The notes beneath the pieces were generated by a model. It did no database searches and was not told the origin of the DNA. It saw only the letters and a program-made list of their open reading frames with translations. Made by a program: the position numbers and the translations under genes. Positions 25,132-37,754 of a stretch of DNA of 64,000 bases are shown here, one piece after another. The stretch comes from Octopus sinensis. Its lineage: Eukaryota. How positions within the stretch are numbered: the stretch's first letter is position 1; each line of letters opens with the position of its first letter. Where the stretch lies: NCBI RefSeq assembly GCF_006345805.1, contig NC_042997.1, positions 100,316,001-100,380,000 of the forward strand, given 5' to 3'.

Positions 25132-25629
25132 CTTAAAAAAAAATAGAAATAAAATAAAATAAACTAATGAAACTAAAAAGATTAACATAAAAATATCTCT
25201 GTGTTACAATAATCATCATCATCATTATTGTTGTTTAACGTCTGCTTTCCATGCTGACATGGATTGGATGGTTTGATTGGGGACTGGCAAGCCAGTAGGC
25301 TGCACCAGACTCCAATCTGATCTGGCAAGGTTTCTACAGCTGGATGCCCTTCCTAATACCAACCACTCTGAGATGTTGTGGGTGCTTTTTACGTGCCACT
25401 GGCACAAGCATATCAACAAAATAATAAAAATTTACTGAGATACCATCTTGGTACCTCTAAATATAGCTGACACCCAACAGACTAGTAAGAAAAAATATCT
25501 CTGCATAATCTCTCAAAAGAATATGGTTAAGATTAGTCCCTGGAAAAGTGAAGAACAAATGAACTGCTTAAATTCAGTTGACAACGAACAATTATTTAAC
25601 AATCCCTTCTACCCATCTAACCTAAAATA

Positions 25630-26048
25630 TTTTAAGGGAACCTGTGGGAGGGGTAGACCCAGGAAGACATGGGATGAGGTGATGAGAAAGGATCTCCAAA
25701 CATTTGACCTTACTGAGAAGATGATGAAGGACTGAGACTTCTGGTGATTTGCTGTTTCAGAAGACACATCAAGCCAAGTAAAACTGTGGCCATCTATCCA
25801 TACAGGCCTGTGCTAGTGCCAAGTAAAAAACACTTGTGTCAGTGTCACATGAAAGGCACTCAGCCTGGCACCATGTAAAAAGCACCCAATACACACTGTA
25901 AAGTGGTTGGCATAAAGAAAGACATCCAGCAGTAGAAACCATGCCAAAACAGACAACTGGAACCTGGGCAGCTCTGTGACTAGCCATCTCCTGTCAAACC
26001 ATCCAACTCATGCCAGCATGAAAAAGAAAATCAAATGATGATAATGAT
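25630..26048 (+). mobile_element. RTE LINE 3' end (GTCGRGRPRKTWDEVMRKDL + 3' UTR + GAT tail) in a TRBP-family intron, antisense to the gene
   Basis: Canonical RTE C-terminal GRPRKTW motif followed by the shared 3' UTR. Confidence 0.85.
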
Positions 26049-27198
26049 CAAACAGTTAAGGCATTTACTTCGCAACCATATAGTTTCAAGTTTGCTCCCA
26101 CTGCAAGCTACCTTAGAGGTAGGTCTTCTATAATTCCGGGCTGACCAATACCTTATGAGGCAATCTGGTACACAGAAACTGCTCCAGCATGGCCAGTCAA
26201 ATGACTGAAACAATTAAAAAAAAAATTATATATATATATATATATGAATGGATAATTGTATTAATATTCTTTATTTATATTTGCAGATTTCCATATCTAG
26301 TGACAGAAGAAACCCCACTGTATAATAACATTTGGTAGCCAATACACAAAGAAGAGCCCTGGAAAGCACCCTATAAGGTCTTTAGACAGAAATTAGAATT
26401 TGCACAATTATGAGATTACAGGAAAATAAAATGATTTCTAGCAAAGACAAAACTTTGAAAAATGCTTCAAAGATTGAAGGAAAAAATTTATGTTCTGTAA
26501 AAATGCCTAAGTTATTCTGACTAAAATTACACATGTGGTATGCTACCCATACAAGTTCTTGGTATTTTCTAGTTCTGTTTTATTTTCACTCTAAGTTTGA
26601 ATGGTGTTGAGATAATTTGGTTGTCTTTTGTAATCAAGTAGTAGCATGCACAATATATTCACCTTGGTTTAGGATGCCCTTAAATCGCAAGCAGTCAAGA
26701 TACTGTCTTGACTTTCACTTCCTTGATACCAGCTGAATCTTAGCCTTTTAGCATTCAGACTATTCTATCAAATTTAACACTTATTTATCCATATTGTCTT
26801 GAATTTATCCTGGATTATCTTGTAGCTTTGAGATTTCGATTGTGTGACTATATATTTTTTAGATTAACTTTGTAGGGTAGGTGTGAGAGGCTGTATCTGG
26901 TCAGTTTTAACATAAAACAGGAAGAATATTTTGGCTAGATATGACCAGTTTAAATGCTAAAAGGTTGAAGTTGTGACAGCTGGAGAGAGTGAGGGCTGCA
27001 CCCTTGTACTTTGCTAGGTACTTTAATACATCAATCCAAGAAGGATGAAGGGCAAAATTATGAAATGATTTGAACTAATAACATAAAAAGCCAAAACAAA
27101 TACTACAAGGTATTTTGTCTGACAACTTATCAATTCTGCTAAGTCACAGACCTCGTGCTGAAATACTGTGTTGTAATAAAGAAAATAAACAAACATAC

Positions 27199-27292
27199 TG
27201 TCTGCCATCTGGTTGCTGTTCACTCTTGATGCCAAGAATTTGGTTGTAAGCTGCTAATGCGGCGGCATGCTTAGCCTTCTTCTTACTAGATC
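27199..27292 (-). CDS. TARBP2: TRBP-family exon, dsRBD1 C-part (GSSKKKAKHAAALAAYNQILGIKSEQQPDGR)
   Basis: KKxAK motif; ttttag acceptor and gtatgt donor; 94 nt, phases 1 and 2. Confidence 0.95.
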
Positions 27293-28712
27293 CTAAAACA
27301 GACAATCAGCAAATTTCTTCATTTATTACAATTCAAATCAATTCTTTAAGTAATGTTAATGTCAATATGGACAAGAGCTATAGTAAATTTTCAGAAGGAA
27401 GTCAGCATTTTCAGTTCCTCCACTGAACACACCAACACAAAATAAACAGACATACACAAATAGATAAAATGTTATCATTTTTTCCCATTTAAGCTGAAAT
27501 TTTTTGATTATTTTTGACTACTCAATTATTTCTTGATTTTAATCTTTATAAACTATACAATATATGAATTGACTGTTTGTTAATTGTTCATTACATGAAT
27601 GAAATGACATTGAATTTTCACACACTTTGCAAAATCCTGTTTGTTACCAGTAGAGGCAACAAGTGTCTGAAACTGCTACCTCTTTCTTATTCTAATAATA
27701 GAGCCACTACGATTACCACTCAGCACTAATTAGGTCACTCAGGTAACAAAAACTATCTAATATATATGTATACATAATGTAAACAACTGGACATACAATA
27801 ACAAATGAGATAAATATGAATAAAAAAATATATATATAACAAGAAACAAGCTTGAGTTTCAGACCTTATACAATTATCCTCAGCAGAAAAATAACAAAAT
27901 CACTATTTGAAGCAAAATAAATCAGAAAGGAGCTATCATATCACCACACTAAAACATTACAATGTGCATTTGCTTCACACAAAATTTAACTGATGTAAAC
28001 CTAAAATCAATTCAAATTTGGATATGAGCTTATATAAATTTTACAAAATATATCATAATGCATTTTCGTAATAATTTTAGTAAGAGTGCTCAATAAATTT
28101 GCATAAAACTGTCAGTTACAGCATAAATAATGCAGTGTAGGAATGCCATTTTAGTGTGATAGTAATAACATTCTGATTTGCTTCCCTTCTGCTCCAATTA
28201 CCACAGCATGTGTATCAGCGATGAAATCTGTAAATAGTCTCCCTCAACTGATGATTACCAAGTAGGATATGAATACTTAAGCTTAGATCTAGATATATAA
28301 TATGTATTTTAATATGTATTGCTTGATTTGTTTTCCTATGCCCTATTACTTACACTAACTTTTATACAAATTTATTGAGCACACTCGTAACTTGATACAT
28401 TAATATATATATGATAGAGAGGGAGTGAGTAGGAAGGAGAGAAAGAAGATCAAATTAGAGTTCATTTTAATACCAACTACCTCTCTGAAAATATATTTTA
28501 GAAACTGGCACATCTCATTTTCAATTTCTAATGGTAAGAAAAATTGAGGCAAATCAATCTATATGACCTAAAGAAAAAGTCACTGTACACAAGAGTTACA
28601 AGTTACCACCTTGTTTATACGGATATAAGGCTTGATAAACCTGGTCACTCTACTTAACTTTTGAGAATTATGAAATAAATATCTATTTATGAAAAAAAAA
28701 AAAAAAAGTTAC

Positions 28713-28875
28713 CTTTTCCAGTTGCTACAATTTCACCAACGGTGACCTGCATCATATAAGTGGGCTCATGAGTGGCCCCTTCGTTGGAGATCAAGTCATA
28801 CTGTGGAGTGAGGCCACGCTTAGTACACAATTCCTGCAGGTGACTGATTGGAGTCTTACCTGCCGGAATTGTCAT
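28713..28875 (-). CDS. TARBP2: TRBP/PACT/Loquacious-family dsRNA-binding protein, exon with dsRBD1 N-part (MTIPAGKTPISHLQELCTKRGLTPQYDLISNEGATHEPTYMMQVTVGEIVATGK-G)
   Basis: KTPIS-LQE dsRBD start. The ATG directly follows a tag acceptor (28877-28876); gtaac donor; 163 nt, phase 1. The six exons sum to 939 nt (312 aa + stop). TARBP2 vs PRKRA orthology cannot be resolved here. Confidence 0.95.
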
Positions 28876-30718
28876 CTAGGTAAATGGAAATAGAAACATA
28901 AATGAGTGAAAATCAAAGAAAGATATATTTCAAATAATTATTTGGTTTTACCTGAAGGCAGAAAAAAAAAACAGGTTATGATTACTGCAAATATTTAAAT
29001 AAATTTCTTTTTTACTTGTTTCAGCCATGCTGGAGCACTACCTTAAAGGGTTTTAGTCAGTGAAATTGACCCCAGGACTTATTCTTTGTATACCTAGTAC
29101 TTTTACCAAACTGCTAAGTTATGGGGACATAAACACACCAGCATTGTCGAGTGATGGCGGTGGGGACAAACACAGACACACAAATATATACATGACGGGC
29201 TTCTTTCAGTTTCCACCTACCAAATTCACTTACAAGGCTTGGTAGGCCTGAGGCTATAGTAGAAGACACTTGCCCAAGGCGCCACACAGTAGAACTGAAC
29301 CTAGAACCATGTGGTTGGGAAGCAAGCTTCTTATCACACAGCCACACGTGTGTCTATCTTTCTTTTTATGGCTTAAGAGCAGACAGTCATTCTTTTATGG
29401 GTTTTTTAATATATAAAAGCAAAATTTCATCTGCTCTACAAATTATAAACTGATTTTCAATCAAAACTGAATTGCTTGTATTTTGTGTATGTATGTGTAT
29501 ATATGTATGTATATAGAGACACACACATATATATATATATATATGATGAACTCTCCTGTCAAAGATGGTGTATGAGTGTTCAGCTTTTTGCCGAACAACC
29601 TGCACAAATGATTTGTTTATAGTGATCAAATGTATGTGCTGTACATCAGCTCACTCTCTCCATCACATCGACACTGTCTGAACAGGTGTCGAAGTGATGG
29701 CAGAGCAACACAAGATGAAGTGTTTTGCTCAAGAATACAATGAACCTAGTCTAGGAATTGAAATCACGATCTAGCTATTGTGAGTGCAATACTCTAAACA
29801 CAAGGCCATGCACCCTCACACACACAAACACAGGCAGAGGTATGGTCAAGTGTATATGGAATTCATTTCATAACCATGTGGTTTCCAGTTTTATCACATT
29901 ATAAATATAGCACCTTGGGCAATCAATGTCTTTTGAGAGGGGTTGATGGAGAGAAACTGTATGGAAATCTGCTGCACACTATACACACAGACACACTGTG
30001 TGTGTGTTCATGTTCATGCACAGGTATGTTTACCTTCCACATATTTGCATGAAAAATGTTGAGAGAGAAAGAAAAAAATAACGACATTCAACAAATCAGC
30101 CTTTACCTCTCTGTTAGCAAATGCAAGTGGGACGAAAACAAAAACAAAAAAAAACCTTTACTTGAAAAGCAGGTAAAAGTCAGTGAAATGAACATTTTGT
30201 GTATAAAATATGCCTCAGTAACAAGCATTTATTGAACTCATGCTGTCAAAGGAAAACATGTACAATGAATGCAGATGTTTAAATATATACATGCGTATGC
30301 TTGTATTGTTATAAAAACTATACCTATTTTTAAACCAGTATTTTCCACGCCTGTCTGATTTGGATAAGATTTATTGAAGTGGTGTTCTATAGCCATACCT
30401 GCTTCTTGCCACTAATCTGCAACTGTTTTTCAAATAAGGTATTTCTATTCAATTGGTCTTTCTTTACATGTTGAACCTCTGAACTATGGGATGCATTGCT
30501 TACAGGAGATGTGGAAATAAACTATTCATGTACACATTAAAAACACATGCAATCATCGTGACTGTGTGGTAAGAAGCTTGCTTCACAACCACATGGTTCT
30601 GGGTTCAGTACCACAGTGTGGCACCTTGGGCAAGCATCTTCTACTATAGCCTTGGGCCAATCAAAGCCTTGTGAGTTGGTAGGTGGAAACTGAAAGAAGC
30701 CTGTCATATATATCTATA

Positions 30719-31025
30719 TACAGTACTGTGCAAAAGTCTTTGGCCACTTTAAACTATTGTAAATTTCTACTAATTGTCAAGTTATAAGTGGATGTTTTGC
30801 ATTGAATTTTTTACAGATGAAACATTAGCCCTGTTGAAGTCATTTCCATACCTAATCATTATATTTTGTAGTAGGGGTTCTGAATGAGATGACCACCAAA
30901 AATGGCAGTGCAAAAGTTTTTGGCCACCTCACATAAACCAATCAAGATGCAGTGTTTTAAAACAGAAAAAAATGTCTATAATGAAAATTTATTACATAAT
31001 GTTCATTTCAAAAAGTTACTGTACA
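30719..31025 (+). mobile_element. Tc1-like terminal fragment with IR/DR structure
   Basis: Begins TA|CAGTACTGTGCAAAAGTCTTTGGCCAC; the motif gtgcaaaagt.tttggccac recurs ~180 bp inside. No transposase. Confidence 0.55.
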
Positions 31026-32009
31026 TATGTATATATATATGTGGGGTTGTGTGGTAAGAAGCTTGCTCCCCAACCACATGGTTCCGGATTCAGTCCCACT
31101 TCATTGCAACTTGGGTAAGTGTCTTCTACTAGAGTTTTGGGTTGACCAAAGTCTTGAGTGGATTTGATAGATGGAAACTGAAAGAAGCCTGTTGTGTGTG
31201 TGTGTATACACACATGTACGTACACATGTGTGTGTGCATGTGTGAGTCTTTGTGATTTTGTTCTCCCATCACCACTTGACAATCAGTGTCGATGTGGTTA
31301 CATCCCCGTAACTTAGTGGGTTGACAAAAGAGACCAATAGAATAAGTACAAGGCTTTAAAAAATTAGGTCTTCAGATCAATCTGTTTGACTAAAACTCTT
31401 CAAAGCAGTGCTCCAACATGGCCATAATCAAATGACTGAAACAAATAAAAGAATATATACATATCAATATCAAAGAGACTAAAATATTAAGATGTTGTTG
31501 TTGCATAACTTTATTGAAAGTTGCAATCATTTCAAACAGCTAGAAGAACCATTTCATTGTCATACATTGGTTTGTATGCATAATTGATGAATTAATCAAT
31601 TAATGAAATACATTCTCGTCAGAAGTCAGTAGATTTTTCAACAAACATAAACTGTGGTGGAGGTGAGGCTGCATAGCATCAGAGCTTTAAACATTAAGTA
31701 TTCTCCTATCAAGAGATAATTCAGTGGATGAAGATTGTAGATAGCTGATATATCAAATTACTTTCTTTGATTTAGTATGAACTTGCCAATGCCACAGTTG
31801 CTAACAGGTCAATATGTCAAGTTTAAAAGTATTCTAATTCAGTGAATATAGAGAAACAATGGAATTTACTTCTACATATTCACTACTATAATCAATGGAA
31901 GTGTTGTATGTAGATAAGCTAATAGAGATTTGAAAGTAACTCAAGGAAGAATGCAAGGAGTGCTGACAGATGTATTTGCCTGGATTTCTTCAATTCGTAT
32001 TTTTTGTCA

Positions 32010-32420
32010 CTATCTACATCATCATCATCGTTTAACATCCGTTTTCCATACTGGCATGGGTTGGACAGTTTGACTGAGGTCTGGAGAGCCAGCGACTGCA
32101 CTAGGCTCCAATTTGATCTGGCAATGTTTCTACAGCTGGATGCCCTTCCTAATGCCAAACCACTCCCAGAGTGTAGTGGGTGCTTTTTATGTGCCACCGG
32201 CACAGAAGCCAGTCAAGCGGGCCTGGTATTGATCACATTTGGATAGTGCTTTTTATGTGTCACCGGCACAGGGGCCACTCAGAGGGTACTGGCATTGGCT
32301 ACGTTTGGATGGTGGCTTTTACATGCCACCTGCATGGGAGCCAGTCAAGTGGACCTGACATCAATCACGTTCGGATGGTGCTTTTTACATGCCACTGGCA
32401 CGGGAAGCAGTCAGGGGGCA
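32010..32420 (-). mobile_element. 5'-truncated RTE 3'-UTR copy with internal VNTR; similar copies at 13209-13495(-), 25210-25410(-), 47988-48530(+), 50762-51240(-), 60862-61160(-) and shorter ones elsewhere
   Basis: (CAT)n-cgtttaacgtccg...tttccatgctagcatgggttgg...ggatgcccttcctaa.gccaacc; repeated gtgcttttta(c/t)gtgcca units. Confidence 0.8.
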
Positions 32421-32760
32421 CTGTGTGTGAAGACACATGGCTTAATGGTTAGAGCATCGGGTTCACAATCATGAGGTAGTGAGTTTGATTTCTGGACCGA
32501 GCTGTGTTGTGTTTACGAGCAAGACACTTTATTTCATATTGTTCCAGTTCACTCAGCTGTACAAATAAGTTGCAGCATCACTGGTGCCAAGCTGTATCAG
32601 TCTTTGCCATTACCTTGGATAACATTGGTAGCATGGAGAGGGGACAGTGGTATGCATGGGTGACTGCTGGTCTTCCATAAACAATCTTGCACTGACTTGT
32701 GTCTCAGAGATTAACTGTCTAGGTGCAATCTCATGGACAGTCATGACTGAAGGGGGTCTT
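32421..32760 (+). mobile_element. Third tRNA-derived SINE family; related copy at ~11385-11700(-)
   Basis: tggcttaatggttagagca A-box and gagtttgatttc B-box; body gagcaagacacttt...ccagttcactcagctg is shared with the inverted 11.4-11.7 kb copy. Confidence 0.6.
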
Positions 32761-33551
32761 TTACTTTATATATATAGATAGATTAGCATTAGGAAAGGTA
32801 TCCAGCTGTTAAGACCAAACCAAATCAGACTAGAACCTCGTACAGCTTTTCAGTTTACTACTTCCAATCAAACCATCTAATCTATGTCAGCATGGAAAAC
32901 AGACGCTAAATGATATATATATATATATATATATTCCCACCCATGCTAGCATGGAAGATGGACGTTAAATGATGATGATGAACACAGATGGGCTGAGGTT
33001 CACTACAGCTGTTTCAGATATGTTCTTCATTGATGAACAATTACAGCATGTAAAAAACTTTTCTTCAGGTGAATTTAGGATTTTTCACACAAACAGCATA
33101 TAATGCATATTAATCCTCTCACCTCGGTTACAGTTGAGAGAGTAAATAGAGAATGCTATTTCGAAATAAATATACATGGTAATACATTAATCAACACGTT
33201 TAAGGGAATGAAATAGAGGAAGGAAAAGAAAGAGAAATAGATGGGGAGAAAAAGGAAAAAGAAAAGACTTTCATCCTCTATTGGCTGTGTGGTAAGAAGC
33301 TCGCTTTCCAACCACATGGTTCCAGGTTCAGTCCTAATGAGTAACACTTTGGGCAAATAGCTACTATTATAGTCTTGGGTTGACCAAAGCTTTGTGAGTA
33401 GATTTGGTAGAAAGAACAAAGAAGTCTGTCATGTGTGTGTGTGTATACATACATATAGTATTAGCAACGTTGTGGTTAGCTGGCATCTGAAACCGACTTG
33501 AAAAGAAACACAGTTACCTCCAAGATAATATATCCCTTTAAGCTTATTTTG

Positions 33552-33583
<32 letters not shown>

Positions 33584-33585
<2 letters not shown>

Positions 33586-34082
33586 TAGCAGTATCGCCCG
33601 GCGTTGCTCGGGTTTGTAAGGGAAATAACTATATAAGCATTTTTAGAGAGTTACTTCCCTTATAGATGCCAATTCAGGCTTTCTTAGCCATTTCTGTTTT
33701 GGTGTCTTCAAGCCATGAAGTCGTTGTTCTAAAAGAACGCTGGTCTCCTTGACAACGCATTACGACGTTGATTTCTTTACACTCCCTTCCCCACAGCTTC
33801 ACGAGGGAGGGAAGGGGAAGAAGCAAACAGGTGCAGCTGTGAGCGTGGACGCCAACTCCGCCGCCATCGACACACGAAAAATTATGCATTAAAATGGAAT
33901 AAAAAATGATGTTAAATTATTTTTAAAATCGTAGACACATCGTTGACGCGCGCTAATAGCCAGACGGGCTCGATATGAATCACGACTATAAGATACCCGA
34001 ATTTGGTTAAACTGCACCGCAAAATGTGGGAGGAGTTAGGAATCTAAATCGAAGGGGACAGACACTCACACAACTAGAGTTT

Positions 34083-34090
<8 letters not shown>
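33584..34090 (+). mobile_element. Non-autonomous Helitron/Helentron-like element, CpG-rich and apparently young
   Basis: Starts ACTAGCAGTATCGCCCGGCGTTGCTCGGG (subterminal hairpin) inside a (TA)n run and ends ...caactagagttttatatata; this end pattern is typical of DINE/HINE-type elements. Confidence 0.6.
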
Positions 34091-34118
<28 letters not shown>

Positions 34119-34123
34119 TATAT

Positions 34124-34180
<57 letters not shown>

Positions 34181-34296
34181 CATATATATAATATATATAT
34201 ATATATATTATATATATATATATATATACATAATATATATATATATATATTACATATATATATATATATATATAATATATACATATATATATATAT
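34080..34296. repeat. (TA)n microsatellite; others at ~7345-7495, ~17420-17710, ~43500-43690, ~56400-56660
   Basis: Directly visible. Confidence 0.95.
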
Positions 34297-35060
34297 CGGC
34301 GGCTACGTATCCACAATTGTCCTTATACGATAAGTATATTTTTTTCTCTAGCTTTGATACGACTCTAATCTGTCTCTTTTTCTCTCTCTCTCTCTCCTCC
34401 CTTATTCCACTTCCTTTCTTTCCCTCTCCATCCGTTTCCCCCCCCTTCTACGTTTCTCTATCTCTCTCACCTCCAGCCCCCTCGATCTGTCTCTTTCTTC
34501 TCCTCCCTCGTCCACCTTCTCTCCCTTTTCATCTGTCCCTTTCTCCTGTCTTTTGTTCTCACGTGACAGCTAGCCGCTGTTGAGCGCTCTTTTCGTTTTC
34601 AGCAGCCGCAGAAGCAACACGTATTTGTTCGTCTCCCCGTGGCCTTTAGGCAAACTTCACAAGCCAGCCCCATACTCAAATCGTCCTGTCGAAAGACCCT
34701 TGTCCTACGTCCTGGTTTTGTTTTGTTGTTTATTTTTTATTTTTACCGTTATTGTTTTTACGTTTTTGTATTCTTATTGTGTCACGTATTCTGTATTTTT
34801 GTTTGTGTACTTCGATCGTTTTCCGTCCTTTCGTTGTATACATTCGAAGCTTTCTCCAGGGATCTAATGCGCTTGGCTTAGATTTCCCTTGGCGGGCTGG
34901 CCATATCGGAGCAATCTCAAGATTAATCAGCCGAAATTGCTAAGATGATCTGGTTCTTGACTGATGACTGAGGGCTTCGAATGTCCCGTCCTGTGGTTCT
35001 TGTGTCGTCTCTGTGGTGTTTCATGTTCTTGTCCATGTCTGTAATTAATTTTACTGTTTA

Positions 35061-35065
<5 letters not shown>
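34297..35065. mobile_element. Unclassified CpG-rich element between two (TA)n arrays
   Basis: Sharp compositional contrast with the flanks, intact CpGs and a polypyrimidine block; no convincing ORF. Confidence 0.4.
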
Positions 35066-35103
<38 letters not shown>

Positions 35104-35489
35104 ATATATATAATTATGTGTGTGTGTTTTTATGTCCCTGTAACAGAGGTTCAGTAAAAGAGACTGATAAAATAAGTACCAGGCTTAAATAAAATAAGTC
35201 CTGAGGTCGATTTGTTTGTTTAAAACCCTTCAAGGCGGTGCCCAAACATGGCCACAATCAAATGACTGAAACAAGTAAAAGATATATACGCATATATACA
35301 CACATTATGGTACACAGTGGTACAGAAATGTCTTTGTGAAAATTGTTTTTATATACATTTTTAATATTATCTTTGCTGTTTTGTTGTGAATATCTTTTGA
35401 CCTATAGTTTTATCAATTTTAGAAAAATATCCTTATCAAAAGATGAAGCGTCCATAGTCCTAAACATAGCACAAAAATCCTAAAAATAG

Positions 35490-35880
35490 GATGAAGTACA
35501 GAAAGATGACTTCAGGACAAAGACCCTTTCAGATGAGATGATGAAGGACTGGGATACCTGGCACCTTGCTGTGCTCAAGAAGACCTGTACTCTACAGCAG
35601 GTGTTAAGGCCACTCCAACATGGTGATGAGGATTGACCCACATGAGTCCTGTGCCAGTGCCATATAAAAACCACTTGTGCTAGTGCCACATGAAAGCACT
35701 TATGCAGTGCTATGTAAAAGCACCCAGAACACACTGTAAAGTGGTTGGCGTTAGGAAGGGTATCCAGTTGTAGAAAACATTCTGAATCAGATTAGAGCCT
35801 AGTGCAGCTTTCCAGCACTGGTCAAACTGTCCAACCCATGCTAGCATGGAAAACAGATGTAAAATGATGATGATGACAAT
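35490..35880 (-). mobile_element. RTE LINE 3' end (ORF tail + 3' UTR)
   Basis: On this copy the GAT tail lies at 35865-35880 and the shared 3'-UTR block at 35700-35860; the body matches the other RTE 3' ends (orientation of the ORF tail read by eye). Confidence 0.6.
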
Positions 35881-36003
35881 GATTAGCTCAGAACCATATA
35901 ATTTTGCTTCACCCTTATGATACCAACACACTTGAGGCCATCACAGGTACTATGATACAAACTTTTAAAGTGATCTAAATTAAAATTTGCATTTAAATTT
36001 TTT

Positions 36004-36157
36004 GGATCTTTTCGGGGTTTATTTACATTTGTGAAGAAAACCCTAACTAACCCTAAAACATATTGAAATGCAATAGATCGATACTAGGGTCATAATTATG
36101 GGTGACAATTTCATATGACACCACTAGAAAAAACTGTCGTTCAAACCGAAAAGATCC
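36004..36157. mobile_element. 154-bp GG-ended MITE (TIR GGATCTTTTC) nested in a TTAA MITE
   Basis: 9-bp TSD aaatttttt at 35995-36003 and 36158-36166; internal ccctaactaaccctaa. Confidence 0.75.
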
Positions 36158-36344
36158 AAATTTTTTAGTTGTTTTATGTTCCAAACACCAGATTAATATT
36201 GTAGTTATTTTACCATATTCATTATCTTTAATATTAAATTTAAACAAAGGCAGTGTATTTCAATAGAAACATGGTAACAAAAGTATTAAAATTAATTTGG
36301 TTCCATTACACAAAACAATAATTAGCCAAGAAAATAAAACTCAC

Positions 36345-36371
36345 GGATTCAGGTTGTCCTGTTGGCGTCAT
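36345..36371 (-). CDS. Candidate upstream 27-nt exon of the TRBP-family gene (MTPTGQPES)
   Basis: Pyrimidine tract + gcatAG | ATGACGCCAACAGGACAACCTGAATCC | GTGAGT. The phase-0 donor is in frame with the 28875 exon. No transcript evidence. Confidence 0.5.
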
Positions 36372-37754
36372 CTATGCAATTTTCAGAGACAAAGAAAGTT
36401 AAGATGCTGCATAGCAAAACGCTGAAACGAAACAAATATTTGGGGTTGGCTTTTATTTAGAAAATATATTTCTTACATGACTATGGAAAAAATGGATATG
36501 TAAATGAATATATTACATGTAAAGTTCTGATCAGAAAGTAAGTAGTCAATTCTATCAGAGAAATGAGTAAGAATAAGAAAAGGGAAATCAGTGAAGTTCG
36601 AAGTAATAAATTAAGAGCAAAATGAAGTCAAACTGAATGTTACCATCCATCAACTGCAATATGTTCATGGACATGAATACTGACTTTCCTTTTATATTTA
36701 TCAAATGCATTGAACAATCATCATTATGATTATCACCAAACATCCACTTTTCTATTCTTGCATGGGTTGGATGGCATTTGTTGAGGTGGAATTTCAACAG
36801 CTGGATGCTCTTCCTATCACCAAACCTCACTTGTTTCCAAGTAAAGTAATACTCCCCCCATCATCAGACATGTTTTCATGGAAGATTGGAAATGAAGGCC
36901 ACCACTAGTATGACAGACATTTGTTTAAAACTAGTGTGTGAAATCAAGCAAGGAGGGAGTAACACACACATTCAAACACATGTGATTTATGTATGCATAT
37001 ATAAATATATATATTCATATGTATCCAGCCATAGAAACCATGCCAAAATAGACATGGAATCTGAACAGCTCTTCAGCTTCATTCAAACCATCTAACCCAT
37101 GTCAGCATGGAAAATGGACATTAAATGATGATGATGATAACTATGATATATACTCCCCCAACGCACATATATATGATGGGCTTCTTTCAGTTTCCACCTA
37201 CCAAAATCCACTCACAAGGTTTTGATCAACCTGATGCTATAGTAGAAGACATTTGCACAATGTGTCACACAGTGGAACTGAACCCAAGACCATATGGTTG
37301 GGAAACAAGCTTTTTACCAAACTGCCATTTCTGAACCTAACTATTGTTGGTTATTTCCAACAGTCCAATCACATTCTGAAATCAAGCTGTCCAAAGCACA
37401 AAAATGCAAATTAAATTATCAACCTTGGTAAATGCTGAACTTATGATGTTTATAGAGCAGTTAAATTATGTTCCCTTGACCGGGGAAGTAAATCACATGC
37501 AAACGACCTATCACAAAGATTCTCTTTTTCTCACACATTAAAAACTTAGAAGGAACATGATCACATTCTTGAAGCTTTCTAATATTTCAATTTCTTTCAG
37601 TTCTTCTGATTAACACTATGTTGTGCCATAAAATATATATTATTTGATTAATGAAAATTATTAAAAGTATAAATATGCAGATTAAGCTATCCACTAGAAT
37701 AACAGCTTAATTTCTGACTGCCTTATATAGCAGATTATATATATATATTTCCCC

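Noticed and set aside
28687-28712. C-terminal NFFFFS of the listed 62-aa ORF
   Set aside because: Read-through past the GT donor at 28712 into intron.
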